NCBI GenBank assembly: GCA_964035545.1
Contig: OZ037767.1
Location: 6,216,707 to 6,280,706 of the forward strand
Direction of reading: 5' to 3'
Origin: Bugula neritina
Taxonomy: Eukaryota; Animalia; Bryozoa
Length of the DNA: 64,000 bases
Part shown: positions 13,521 to 26,100 of the stretch, one piece after another
How positions within the stretch are numbered: the first letter of the stretch is position 1
Layout of the letters: every line of letters starts with the position of its first letter
Notes under the pieces: model-generated
Told to the model about the DNA's origin: nothing
The model's input: the letters and a program-made list of their open reading frames with translations, nothing else
Database searches by the model: none
Made by a program: the position numbers and the translations under genes

Positions 13521-14599
13521 AAGATGAGCATAGAACTTATTAATATTGACTATTTAATCAAATCCATCTCATGTGAAAAAACTTTTGATCCCGTCTTGCT
13601 ATTTATTTTGGGAATCTAACATGGACACTCACACAGACACAACTAATCTAGAATGTGATGCAATATCTGTAGACACCACTGAAATTACTATCAAAGAAAT
13701 CCCTGAAAATGTAAGTATTTGAACATCGATAAGCTGCACATCAATATATGTATACAACTATACGTTGCATCTCTTTTTATCTATTGATTAGTGTAAAAAT
13801 TATCTATAAATCAATTATTGAGTATTTTTGTAAATAGTTAAAGTTTTCTTACTCTAAGTAAATTCTGATGCATTATGAGAAATTCTCAACACTCTGCTGG
13901 TACAGCTGCTGAATGGGACTTCGAAAGAAGCATCTGCCAACATATCCATGATGTTGCTGCCGGTTCCGAAAATTGTCAGGGTTGATGGGCATTTCCACTG
14001 TCTCAACTCATAGGGATAAGATAAACTTTACGAAGCCAAATATAATTTGGTCAGCAGTGGCTGCTTCTCCAGGTTAGGCATATTTATCACAAATTTATAG
14101 AAATAGAGTTATCTGTGTGCATGTAGATTTTTATTGCCCAACTATAAAAAACGCCTTAAATTATGAAAAGCAATAAAACACTTAAAACATTCTTTAGGCT
14201 TTTGTGTATTATGAATAGAGTTGGGGTCTAGGTAAATCTTTTGCCAATACTCTTACACTTGTAAGCGAGAAAAAATCTGTTCTTTACTATAATCTACGGT
14301 CTTGAAAACAGTTTTCTGGCAACAAAAGACCGAGTCAAGATGCTGAGCAAAGCTTGATTAGATTTTCATCATAAGGTAGCAATTAAATGTTTCATAATAC
14401 TTGCAGTTCAAGCTTCTTGTTGAAAAACTTAAAAGGTTCTTTAGTTAATCATTTGCTTTGACTTGCCAAAATATTACTGAGCCTAAATTCTTTAATACAC
14501 AATCAAAATTTCTTCTACTTCACCATTTCAAAAAATAAGACTTTTATAACATTTATAAACGATTAGCAGTTTATCAGCAATCGACTATAATAGTCAAGT

Positions 14600-15930
14600 T
14601 TCATATACAGAAAGGAGATATTGATGGGTTTTTGAATCGGTATCCAACATGCTTTACGACAAAACGGCCAGTAAAGTTCAATGAAATAGGAAAGCGAGTG
14701 GAGAGTAGAAAAAGACTTGTTCACTCTTTTCTTAATAGTGATTCAAAATCTCCACAGCCCAAAGGTAAAAATATAAAAGAAGCATGTAAGTTGAAAAGTA
14801 TGACTCGGTGTGCACTTAAAACTTCTAGTCTATTATAACCGTCTCCTAACTCTAAGTTGCCATTAAAAGTGACTTGAGTGTTACAGATAGGAAACGCTAA
14901 AGGACATTACTAAAATTATATAGAGTAAATTTTCTTTATCACCTGTTACTGACTGTTTATAGAATATATGTTGTAAGTTAGCAGCATCTGGGTGGCTATG
15001 GGGCTGCCAGAAGCAACATTCGTAGTGCTTAGTTTCACAAGAAAGCTGAATGCATTGAAAGGAAAAGTTATCAGGGCAAGGATTCTGCAGCAAAACAAAA
15101 TAATTAAAACAGCAACAAATGCAGAGATTTCCTAATGACTGTTGCAAAGTACAAACTTAGCACAATAACACAAAGGCCGAGAAATAACGCTATCCAATTA
15201 AAGACACCACTGATGAAACAGATCAGAGTCACATTTTTGTCGTGCAATATGCATGGATTATCAAAATAATCTGCCAGCACCAAACATCACTACCAAAGAT
15301 GCGTACTATAAAAGGCAGCTTACAAGCATATCCTTCAATATACATAATTTAGCATCCAATGATGCACATTTCTATGTATACAATGAGACAGTTGGAAGAA
15401 AAGGGGCTAATGATGTTGGTTTTATTCTGGCTCAGTATGTCGTTACATTGAGCTCAGAAGTCACAGTTTTGGAGATATTTTGTGACTCTTGTACAAGGCA
15501 GAACAAAAACTGGACTGTGATCAGATTTTGTCACCATCTGGTTAACGTCAAAAAGCAATTTCAAGAAATAAAACTTATTTTTCCTGTTAGAGGGCATTCC
15601 TATATGGAATGCGACAAAGATTTTGGAGTGGTGAATCAGGCAACTCTAGTGGAGACACCAGATGATGGTGGAATGAAATGCGTCAGTGCAGAAAACGTCT
15701 TTGCCCATTCACCATTGTAAAGATACAGCAGAGTATGTATTTTGATGTCAAAATATCTGGAAGGACTTTATGTGAAAAGTTGCCTATTTCCAGCACGACC
15801 TCAACATGAGTTCTTGTTTCGAAGAGTTAAATTGAATAGGCAGACACTTAAACAGCATGCTCAAAATAGACAACCTCAACACACATCTAACATTAAAAAG
15901 TTTGAAGGAAAATTACTGACTGATTAGCCA
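14600..15930 (+). mobile_element. Degenerate Sola1-type DDD transposase remnant
   Basis: ORF 15253-15720 contains DYQNNLPAP..YYKRQL..FNIH, YNETVGRKGANDV, FCDSCTRQNKN and FPVRGHSYMECDKDFG, which are typical Sola1-like motifs. Flanking frames are broken by stops and frameshifts. No TIRs were identified. Confidence 0.75.
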
Positions 15931-17699
15931 GAGTTGAATCTGGACCTAGCCAGCTTGGGTGACGATGTAGCGATAAAAATAAGACATATTATTAGGAAAA
16001 TAAAATAATAACTTCCTAATTTATATTATTTTAAAAGCCATTATTTCTGATGAACCACTGGATTGTCTATAAGAGAAAGCGTGGGTACACAAAAGTTGCC
16101 AAAATAGTCTTAAAATTGTTGTGAAAATAAATAAAATCCTGACATGACTCAATAGCCACCAAATTTATACATGAACGATGAGAGTCCATGGCATATAAAA
16201 TGTTCATAGTACACTTATAGCTTTAAAATAAATTGAAAAAAATTAATGCCAGATAAATGAAGTCAAAGAGCGCAGTTTCAAGTTAGGTGATAAGTACTGG
16301 GGATATACACAGAAGTGATAAATATTAGCAAATTCAATTTAAAAATAGCTGAAAAATGTATTGAAAATAGATTGGTGCTGAAATATCGGTTACCTTAATG
16401 ATGTGAAATTAGCAACAGAAAATATTGGCAAGCCTAACGGTTTTTTGCAAGACCTATTGACTTTAAAAACAACATTAGTTATAAAACAAGTTTTCCATTA
16501 TGGTTACCAATATATATGGTGTTGCTAAAATATTGTAATTTTGATATTGACAGTGGTTTTGCATGTGACTTGGCTCAAATCAAAGGATCAGCCAAATAAA
16601 AATTTGTGCATTTCCTATATTGGGGCTGCATAATGGAATGAACACCTGTTCCCGTTAGATCTGAGCATAAACAGTACATTTCAAAAACCAATGCCATTAA
16701 ATAATAGGAAAGCACGAAGGGCATAGTCTAACATAACTAAACAAAATAGTAGAGAGATGGAAAAAAGTAATAATTAAAAAAAAATTCTTAGCGGCAGATT
16801 GCGAGAACAACTTTAAAAGTTACATACAAAAACAATGGTGAATAGATTGTGGAACTTTTTATGTAATAAACTAAAAAAAAAGATATTAATCAACTACACA
16901 AAATTAAAAAAATTAAGCAGCCTCAATTGGTTAAAATTAGGTTTTGGGAGGACATTGAACTTAGTCACAATGTCTTCTAATGGCCATTGGTAAAAGGTAT
17001 CATGCAGCTGTAACATTGAGAGATAAGAATAACCTCCAATCTCTGCTGTGATTTTTTTTATCTGCCATGTCTTATTTCTTTTGAAGCAGAATGCAAAATC
17101 TTAAAAAATCGAGTGTGAAATGATTGATCAATCAGAAATAAGACCTACTTTACTTGGGTTGGGCACATGAATTCCCAGCCAACACTTTGCAATCACAACA
17201 AATTTATCAAATATTACAGTGCATACATTGATATTCAACGCCTGAAAATACTATAAAGGTTAACCAAAACGAAAGATTAGTTGGACATTACAACGGACAC
17301 TCCATAATAAGTTGAACTTTTTAAATTTATAATAAATTAGCACAAGTATTTTCAAATGCCAAATGTAATGTTTGGGTTTACATTCCAAGCATTGTGTACT
17401 ATTGTGTCACTACCAATTTATATTTTCAACTTATTTGTATTAGCTGCGAAAATTTTAATGCTTCTCAATAATTTTAGCCATTTTTCATAACTAATAAATC
17501 AACTTGAGCAATCTGTCTATTATTGAATGTATTTCTTACAATTTTAAAAAATGGGTGAAAGTAAAACAACAGTGGAGGTAGATTAAAAAGGGGAAGGGGT
17601 AAAGAAAAAGAAAGGAAAGAGAAAAAGGCAGCCTAGGGGACAAGATGACTTGACATTCACGCTAATGAACTTCATTATGATTTATTTGTTTTATGTACA

Positions 17700-18130
17700 A
17701 CATATAAAATATAAATATCTGATAGGCAAGAAGCCCAACCGTATGACAAGCTACAATTTGCAAAGGGAAGAGCTGAAGAAGATATTTACAGCCCATTACA
17801 GATGGCAAACAAACAATTTAAGCGACATCATACAAGGCGAAACAATTGTCAAAGAGTCCAACTTGAACTCAAAAAGTAACCCAACACTCTTAAAAGCAAT
17901 AGTTGAAGCAGATCTCTCTGAAATCCTACTAAAGACCCAAGTCTCCAAACCTAGGGCTAGTTGTTTATATTAAACAGAGAGATAACAGAGCCTTCAACTA
18001 ATAGATCGAAGATCTCAAGACACTTGGTAGAAAAACAAGCACATTATAAAATAAAATTCCACAATCAAGATGGTACTACAGGGCACAGGCCAGACCAACT
18101 TTAGTAGTAGGCTACTTGATCAAAGGCGTT
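17700..18130 (+). mobile_element. Possible second Penelope-like remnant (thumb plus GIY-YIG endonuclease start)
   Basis: LQREELKKIF (thumb-like), then across frameshifts HYKIKF..D and GQTNFSSRL, which resemble GIY-YIG YKI.C..YIGQT..R. Highly decayed. Confidence 0.4.
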
Positions 18131-20139
18131 GTTCAATTTGAACTATTTATTAAAAATAATGTTAGTTTAAATTAAATTTACCAATAGAACAAGAAAATAA
18201 ACAAATAAAATTAAATGTAGCCCGTAATAATCATATTATTATTAATAATAATATACTCCTAGTCGTAGTCCTAGGGCTAGTCTTAGTAATAGTTACTAAC
18301 TTAGTAATAGTATAATTATATTATCATTGCTGATTACTATAACTATAAGATTAACTTTAAGTATAGGGCTTAGACTAACTCTAAGTAATAATTTGTAAGT
18401 AGCAACGCTAAAGGCCAAAGGGAAAATATAAATGACTGATGGTGATAGCGAGTGACTCAGAACATACTCATAGTGATAGAATTAGAGTGAGACTGAGAGT
18501 CTCAGCGTTGTCAAATTGAATTTGAAGTCGAACTTGGTCTTGAAGTTGAACTTTGAGTTTAAGTTTCAGTTAATGTTATTGTATAATTAGAAGTGTTCAT
18601 GACTTAGCAACTCCGGTTCAAAACCAATGTTAATGCTTACTGAAAAATTCGAAGAAGTATTTGGTTCAATGAATGTATTAATTTACAAATAAATAATTGT
18701 TATAATACTAATAGTAATACTATAATAGTAATACTATAACCGTGGTCCACGGGTGACTTTGTCGTAGAATATTCACGGACAGGATTTTCGGTAATAAAAT
18801 CATGAACTTTAACTTATTGATGGAGATAATAATTACGGTACTATTAAGGCTACGTATACAGATACCGTTTTCCTGGGCGATAACCCTGGCAGGTGATTTA
18901 TAAAAGACGACAACTCGAATTATCGAACAGATGTATTAGTTTCTTTTTTGGCCAGTTTAAATTCACAAAAGATGCACTCTTTGAAAGGTGGTTATGATAG
19001 AATAAAGAGTAGCAAAGTGATTAAATTAACTGATATGTTTTTCTCAAATGCTTCTGGTATACTGTATCAATTTTGGTGGCTGCCTTGTATTTATGTTCTC
19101 CATGTTCTCCATAGACCTCAGCTAGAAATTATGCACACGAAGTTGACCTCATGCTTTTTTACCTGTTGCGTGGGATGCAGTTGTTATTAAATTTATTGTA
19201 GATCATTTTAAAGGAATCATAAAAGTGAGTTTGTTTGCATTTTTAGCAATAACCATTCTTATATTTATGCCCAATGTGTTCGAATATTTGTTTGTTATAG
19301 AAACACATTTATTTTAATTTACCACACTTTTAGTCTATATAGGTTGTTATCTGTAGTATTGTAGGTATTTCATTTATTATATGCCATAATGCACTCTTGA
19401 GAGTTTCAATATTTAATTGTAAGAGTGAAGTATTTGTCAATCAAGATGAGAAATACAAGGAACGACCAGACAACTCATGAGTATGAGCAATCAGGTGAAC
19501 ATCTTTTACAACTTTCAAGACAAGGTTCTGCAAGCTGTTCAGTTATGAAGAATTATCCCTGAGACACTTGATTTATGCAGCGCATTAAAATATAGTCATA
19601 TATATCTTTGTCATCACCTAAAGACTGTTTGAGGGAATTGTTTGCTCAAACAATTTTGTCTAAGGTCTGCTTGTGATACCCAACAACTAGTATGCTGACT
19701 TTTATTGCATGCTAAATTCTTGGCTGCAGCAACACACAGCTTTATTACTGACTTGGCTTTAAATTTGGATGTTAGCACTGTTAATTCACTAGCCCGTTAT
19801 TGAGGTTTTTCAGAATAAACATAATTTATAAATATTATATTAGCTAAAGAGAAAAACGCTGCCTATCAATAGAACAACATTTGTAATAATTTCATGATCA
19901 CAAAGATGTTAGTTTTTAAGGAGTTGTCATCTTTTACAAACAATTTTATTGACAGTTGAGTTATTTTCGGCAACGGTTTCACACAATTATACATTTTGTA
20001 AACTATTTTGTTTACTTAATTTTTGTTTTTAAACTTTTAAAATTTTTAAGTTATTTAATTTAAATTTTAATAAATAATTATTTGGTCGAACGACATTACT
20101 AACGCAAGACTAAACACAAAATATGGAGCTTGAAAGATT

Positions 20140-23100
20140 ATGAGTAAACTCAAAACAAAAGATCGCAAAGGCAAGTTTAGAATTACTCCAAAAGAACATT
20201 CACCCGTGTGTGAAGAACGCATAGCTTGTTCAACTGCTGAAGAACTTGCTTCTGTTTACTGTAAAGATTGTAATACGTTGCAATGCTATCAATGTGAGCA
20301 GGAATTACATAAAGAGGGTGATTATTTTTTTCACGTACGAAGTGAAACTGGAAGTAAAAAGGAAACTGAAACGTTAAATGATCTCACAAAAATAGTTTCT
20401 ACCAGTGAACCAATCAGCAAAAAACCATTCTTAAAAACTGATGCACAATCAAGCGTGCTTCAAAATAAAGTTGCTTTCTTAAAGTCCCCTAAGCCTGGCC
20501 AATTGTCATCACTTCCGCGGGTCAAGCCTAAGTCAGATTCGCAATCACTATCAGTAGGCGTAGCACCTCAAGTTAGAGTTCGTCTCCAGCCCTCTACTGT
20601 ATCTGGAGATACAAATACAGCCACACCGTCGAAAACCAAGACCTATACTCGTACTGATACTGTTCATGGTGATAACACTGTTCACTCGGCTGTTGAAAGT
20701 CAACCCAGACTTGATACTCACACTAAGATTGATAGCAACTATACACACGTTTATGATAATGATAGCTTATCAGAACTTTTTGTAACAGCAAACGGAGTTT
20801 CTGCTTCTTGGACTGGCATTGGTGATAATCAAAATAAAGAAAATGAGGTCCAACTTCTAGCTAAGGTTTGTTCAAAGTGTGGTCCTAGGTGTCTGTGCAG
20901 GAGTGCTTGTGATGAACTGGTGGTAGCCGGTAAAAAAGTAGGTAAATCTCCCAATCCTGACTCTCATCTTGGCATTAGAATTTCCTCCAATCACTATTAT
21001 CCAGAAACTGATCAAGTTGATGCCGGAAAGGAACTTTGTGAGGATCAGATACCCCAGGGACTAAATAGATTCCAGACCTATAAAGAAAATTTTTCATCAA
21101 ATTCAAAATGTCATGATGCAAACTTAATATTTAGCTCGAAAAGTATTGCAACACCAGGCAGTGTAGCTGCTGGTATCAACGAGCAAGATAACGCTAGTGA
21201 CAGTGATTGTGAGAAATTTTATTCACTTGATCTGACTTCTTTGTTAAATTCAGTCGACTCACCAGACACAGCTGCTGCTACTATTCCCAAAAGTAGTAGC
21301 GATTCAACTATGAAGGGGCAACCCAAGACGTCAAAAAGAAGCAAAAAGAAATCAAACTCATCCAACTATACTGATGGTTCAGGATTGTTAGATATTGATA
21401 CTGCTCACCAAACATCGGCAGCAGACGCTGACTCACTTCCTCCTGAATATTTTCAATCTTCAGAATACTCAGACGATGAAATAATTAGTGCACTGTCTCA
21501 TTCACAGACCGCTGTTGTGGACAGTTTGAGCCACGCTCAGCACACTCGTATCCAAGGAGATGCCCCTAAACAAAGCCCCACTGCTTTTCAACAAAATGAA
21601 AATTCATCTCGCAGCTCCTCTGCCAAGCAAAGTTTTCTTTTAATTGATGAATCGGAAACAATTCAGGTAAGCTAATAAACAATATTTGTTATATAATTTT
21701 ATATCTTTTTAAGTTATAAGTTCAACATTGACTGTTTGAAACTCCGCACACATTACTCAAGTATTGATTACAAACTTTGTTAGATCGCCAATACTAATGA
21801 CTTCATTGGACTATTGAATTGCGCTGAGGATGATGTCAAGGTCGTTTCCATATTCGGAAACACTGGTGACGGAAAGTCTTTCACCTTGAATCAAGTATTC
21901 TTTTCTGGACAAGAGGTTAGTCTGCTACCAAGCTTATTCTCTAGCAACTTATATGCCGGATTTTTTAATTTTGTAAAATTGATTGCTGATTTTATTGTAA
22001 ATTGATTTAAGTTTATTTTTCCAATATTTAGTACTACAAGTTGGGGGTATAAGCACTGAAACACTTGAAGCAAACTTCTAGGCTATATTTGCTGAATTCT
22101 CAATAACCGTTTCCACATATAAATGCAATTGTACTCATATCATACATTGCTTGTGTTTGTCATGGGATAGCATAGTACACTTGGTTTGCTTGTGGTGATG
22201 TCTTACTCAATATTTATATGAATGAATACAGGTGTTCAAGACATCGGCTGACCAGGACACCTGCACTGTTGGTGTATGGGCAGCCTATGATCCTAAGATG
22301 AAAGTTATATGTGTGGATACGGAGGGCTTACTAGGCGTCACCAGCAATCAGCACAAAAGAATGAGGCTATTGCTGAAAGTGTTTGCGGTATCTGATGTCA
22401 TAATCTACAGGACCTGCGCCGACAGGCTGCACACGGACCTCTTCAAAGTGAGTGTCAATGATATCTCTAGAGTTAAACTGACCTCTACACAATATGCAAT
22501 AGTTACACTAAGCGTTATTGACTTAGCTTTCCTCTATTGATAGGGAAGATTCACTTATATCTAATATGTGAATAGTATGTTATTTTCACTAACTACTAGT
22601 TTTCAGCTAAAACTACTGCCACTTGTGTTTGTTGCTACTAGTTAGAGTGTAACTAAAGTTGTGTCTTCTATCATCTATATTGCTCATCTCATGGCTATGG
22701 AGGAGTTATCTGTCTTTGTTCAATGTGTTGTACTACAATGTTGAAAAGAAAAGGTTGACTGATACAGGGTATTAGATCGAGTAGCCTACCGAGACTACTA
22801 ACAGTTACAAACTGACTAGTACTTGCTACTAATCATTAGCCTGTGAGAGCAGGGTTCAGCTGCTTGGATAAGGCGTCTCTGGTAGGTGCCAGAATGGAGA
22901 AATTTGACAAAGCAAATAACTTACATTTTCATGAATTTTCAAACTTCGTCCAAACTAATTTTGTTGAAGAACTTCAGCTGTTGAAATTTCCTCGTTGCTG
23001 CACCTGAATGCAAGCCTCTGCAGGTAGGCTGTGAATGTTAGGTGAGGGGGTGTTATTTGGTGAGATTGATATGGTCCAGTGAACCCTCAGTCACAGTAAT

Positions 23101-26100
23101 TAATATATGTTAGCATTATATTTACTCAATAGGACCCGTTGCTTTGGATACAGATAATTTACATGGCTCAACTGTTGAATCTATTTAATTTTCATACCGT
23201 GTATAACTTTATGTTTAAATGATACCTAATGTAACTAATGCTAATTATAGCACTGTGAAGTATTCACGTGAATATAAATTTCATAGCAACCAGGAGTTGA
23301 TGACAATTTGGAATGAGCGTTGTAATAGTTTACATGACTTGTGACTACACAGATAATATTGCTAGCAGTTTTCAAGATGATAATTTACTATGAAGATGAG
23401 CTGCTCAGTCATCTTAATATTTAAACCTGATTTTATTCTAGTCTATAGACTGGTTATTTGCCCTTATCTGGTCACGGAGATTTAACTGATGAGTAGACAC
23501 TTGATATTTTAACTAGTTTTATCTTCTGTAATTTATCTGTTGCCATTTATCACAAGAAATGGTCATTTTAATCTGTCATCTTGTAGTTAACATATGCTCA
23601 TTGCTTAGCATTAGTCCTTGCCAGTAGTTGCATATCACTAGTACATCTGTAAGACCTTTGATATGTCCTTGCTCAACCCTGCTGAATATCACAAATAGAC
23701 TAAATCTTATTATGTGCACACTTCACCAGAATCACTGTTTACTTTGGAGAGGTTACAATGTATTCCAGTGGCTCAACCTTCTCTAACAGCCAACCTTTGA
23801 ATTACAGTTTCTAGGGGATGCTTCAGAGTCTTACAGCAAGCACTTTAGGGAAGAGTTAGAGTCTATTACGCCGCTGTATGGGGTGCGACCCCAGGACCTT
23901 GGCCCTGGTCTGATTGTGTTCCATGAAACTACCAGAACTAACACCCTGGATATGTCAGGTTTGCAGTCTACTTCGTCTTGACAATGCTACAAAATGTAAA
24001 CATGTTTCTCTACGTTAAAGGGCATTCAGTTTTCTTTGAGAATGTTTAGTGAATAATAATAGTACTGAATTAACTGCGTACTGTGAGTATCACTAACATC
24101 TCATGCAGCTGGACTGCCTTAAACAAAAGTTCAATGCCTTTTGCCTATAGTTAATGTGCAGCTCACATCTATGCTCTCTTCAATAATTACTTGTTACAAA
24201 ATTCAACTGATTGTCCTTAGAGAAATTATTGGCTAGCTGCCAAACAATCAATATAACTCGTTTGAATATCTTTTGCCTCTAGCAACACATTAATATCACC
24301 TTTATAGAGCTTGAAATTAAATCCTTTGGTTCGTCTTGATGCTGGATTTAGTAAAATGTAATGAAATTTTAAACTTACACTCTTTATTTGAGCATTGTCT
24401 GCAGCATACGTATGTAACTAGTTACTACACTACACTGTGAATAGTTACACATGTGAATAGCTACATAGTAATAATACGTAATTATACTATTTGTCAACAG
24501 CCACGGGCAAGTCAGCCAATACGATTCTCCAGGAAAGGTCAAAGGCCTTGAAGTGTCAGCTGACCTCCTTTTCGTCTATCAGCTATGTCGGTGTGAAGAC
24601 AACTTCTCCTCCCACTGACTTCAGACCTCTCCAGGACAGGGTTCGGGAGAGAATAGCTGATGTCACAGTTCGATCTCCTCGCTCTCCCGTCATCGTGCTG
24701 GAGATGCTCAAGGTAGGCGTGTCCTTCTGCCAGCAGCACCTCCTTGCTGACACTCTTAGCTGCCTTGAGAACAAATGTATCTCTTGTGTAGGTTAAATGG
24801 TTAGATAACTCCAAAATTTGGATTATAAAAAGAAGCGTGTGCTTTGTTCTGTTCACAAAGTTATTTCAGCATATGCTGTACAGATTAGTGTCTGCAAGGT
24901 GATTTGTTAGTTTTAAATGAAATGGAGTCCTCCAGTATAATATAATCTTTAGATTAACTTCTATTTAATTTCAGCTAGAGGTTACAGTGACATAATACTA
25001 GTAATAATTAGTGCCTGGTATTACTATATTATTATATTAGTAGGGAATAGTGCTTGATATCTTTTACTTCATCTGAGCAAGAAATGTGTTTGTAACTTAT
25101 TCTTTGCTTTGTCCAGTCCTTTAGATAGCATTCAGTTTTCACAATTGCACCATTCCACTAATGCAGTTGCTCTGTATAACCATTGCTGCAGGTTTTCTGT
25201 TGCATATCTGCATATTTCTCTTGTTTTAGAAACTCAACAAGAAGTTTAATGGTGAGATATACAGTCATTCTCCCAACAGCTTTCCCGAAGAATTCTTCAC
25301 TTGCCCCGTGAAGTGTCTGGCCTGCCATGGGAAATGTAACCTGAGCATGAACCACACCTCTGATCACAGCCACTCTGCAAATTGCAGATATGTGCACGTA
25401 TACGACAACAAAGTATACATATGCAAGGTTAGCAAACACAGCTATTTCTCCATTGACTCGTGCAGAATTATCGATGTTTTGCTAACCAAATTATTCCACA
25501 AAATGAAAAATCTCTTGAAGTTGTTAAAAAATTAAATGTTGAATAAGGAACTTCTGTGGTTACAGAAATGCTACCTGAAGGGCAGGAAGATTGTGGTGGT
25601 GCCTAAGACGTGCGCCTCTGATGACAACAGTCTGCTTGGCGTGGCCAAGTACGCCTGGTCAGGGTACATTCTGGAGTGCAAGGAGTGTGGAGTTATATAC
25701 AAGTCTCGGCAACATTGGTATGGGAACAGGGAGCCCACAGCAGCTGAGGTAGGCATACACTACATCTCTTATTTGCATGACACAAGAAATTATTAAGAAG
25801 TTGTCAGCAAATTGGTGTTGGTATTTGATAATTCATATAATGGGAAGGTTATGATTTGTATGAGCTGGTGTATATATCTTTGTATATACATTGACCTGGT
25901 GTATGCATCTCTCTCTGTATATACATTGAGCTGGTGTCTCTCTCTGTATATGCCAAATCTAACATTGTACAGGTGCAAGAGGAGGTGAGACACATCTGGC
26001 CAGGACAAGCTGCCAAACCCGCTGGTACCCACAACGCTGCCAGAAAGCTATTGGACGGTGTCAAGGCAGTTGCAGAGACGGTTGGCGCCTACAGCAGCAA

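Noticed and set aside
24539-26064. Minus-strand ORFs overlapping ZFYVE1 exons
   Set aside because: Antisense shadows of GC-richer coding exons with no recognisable motifs or coherent splice chain.
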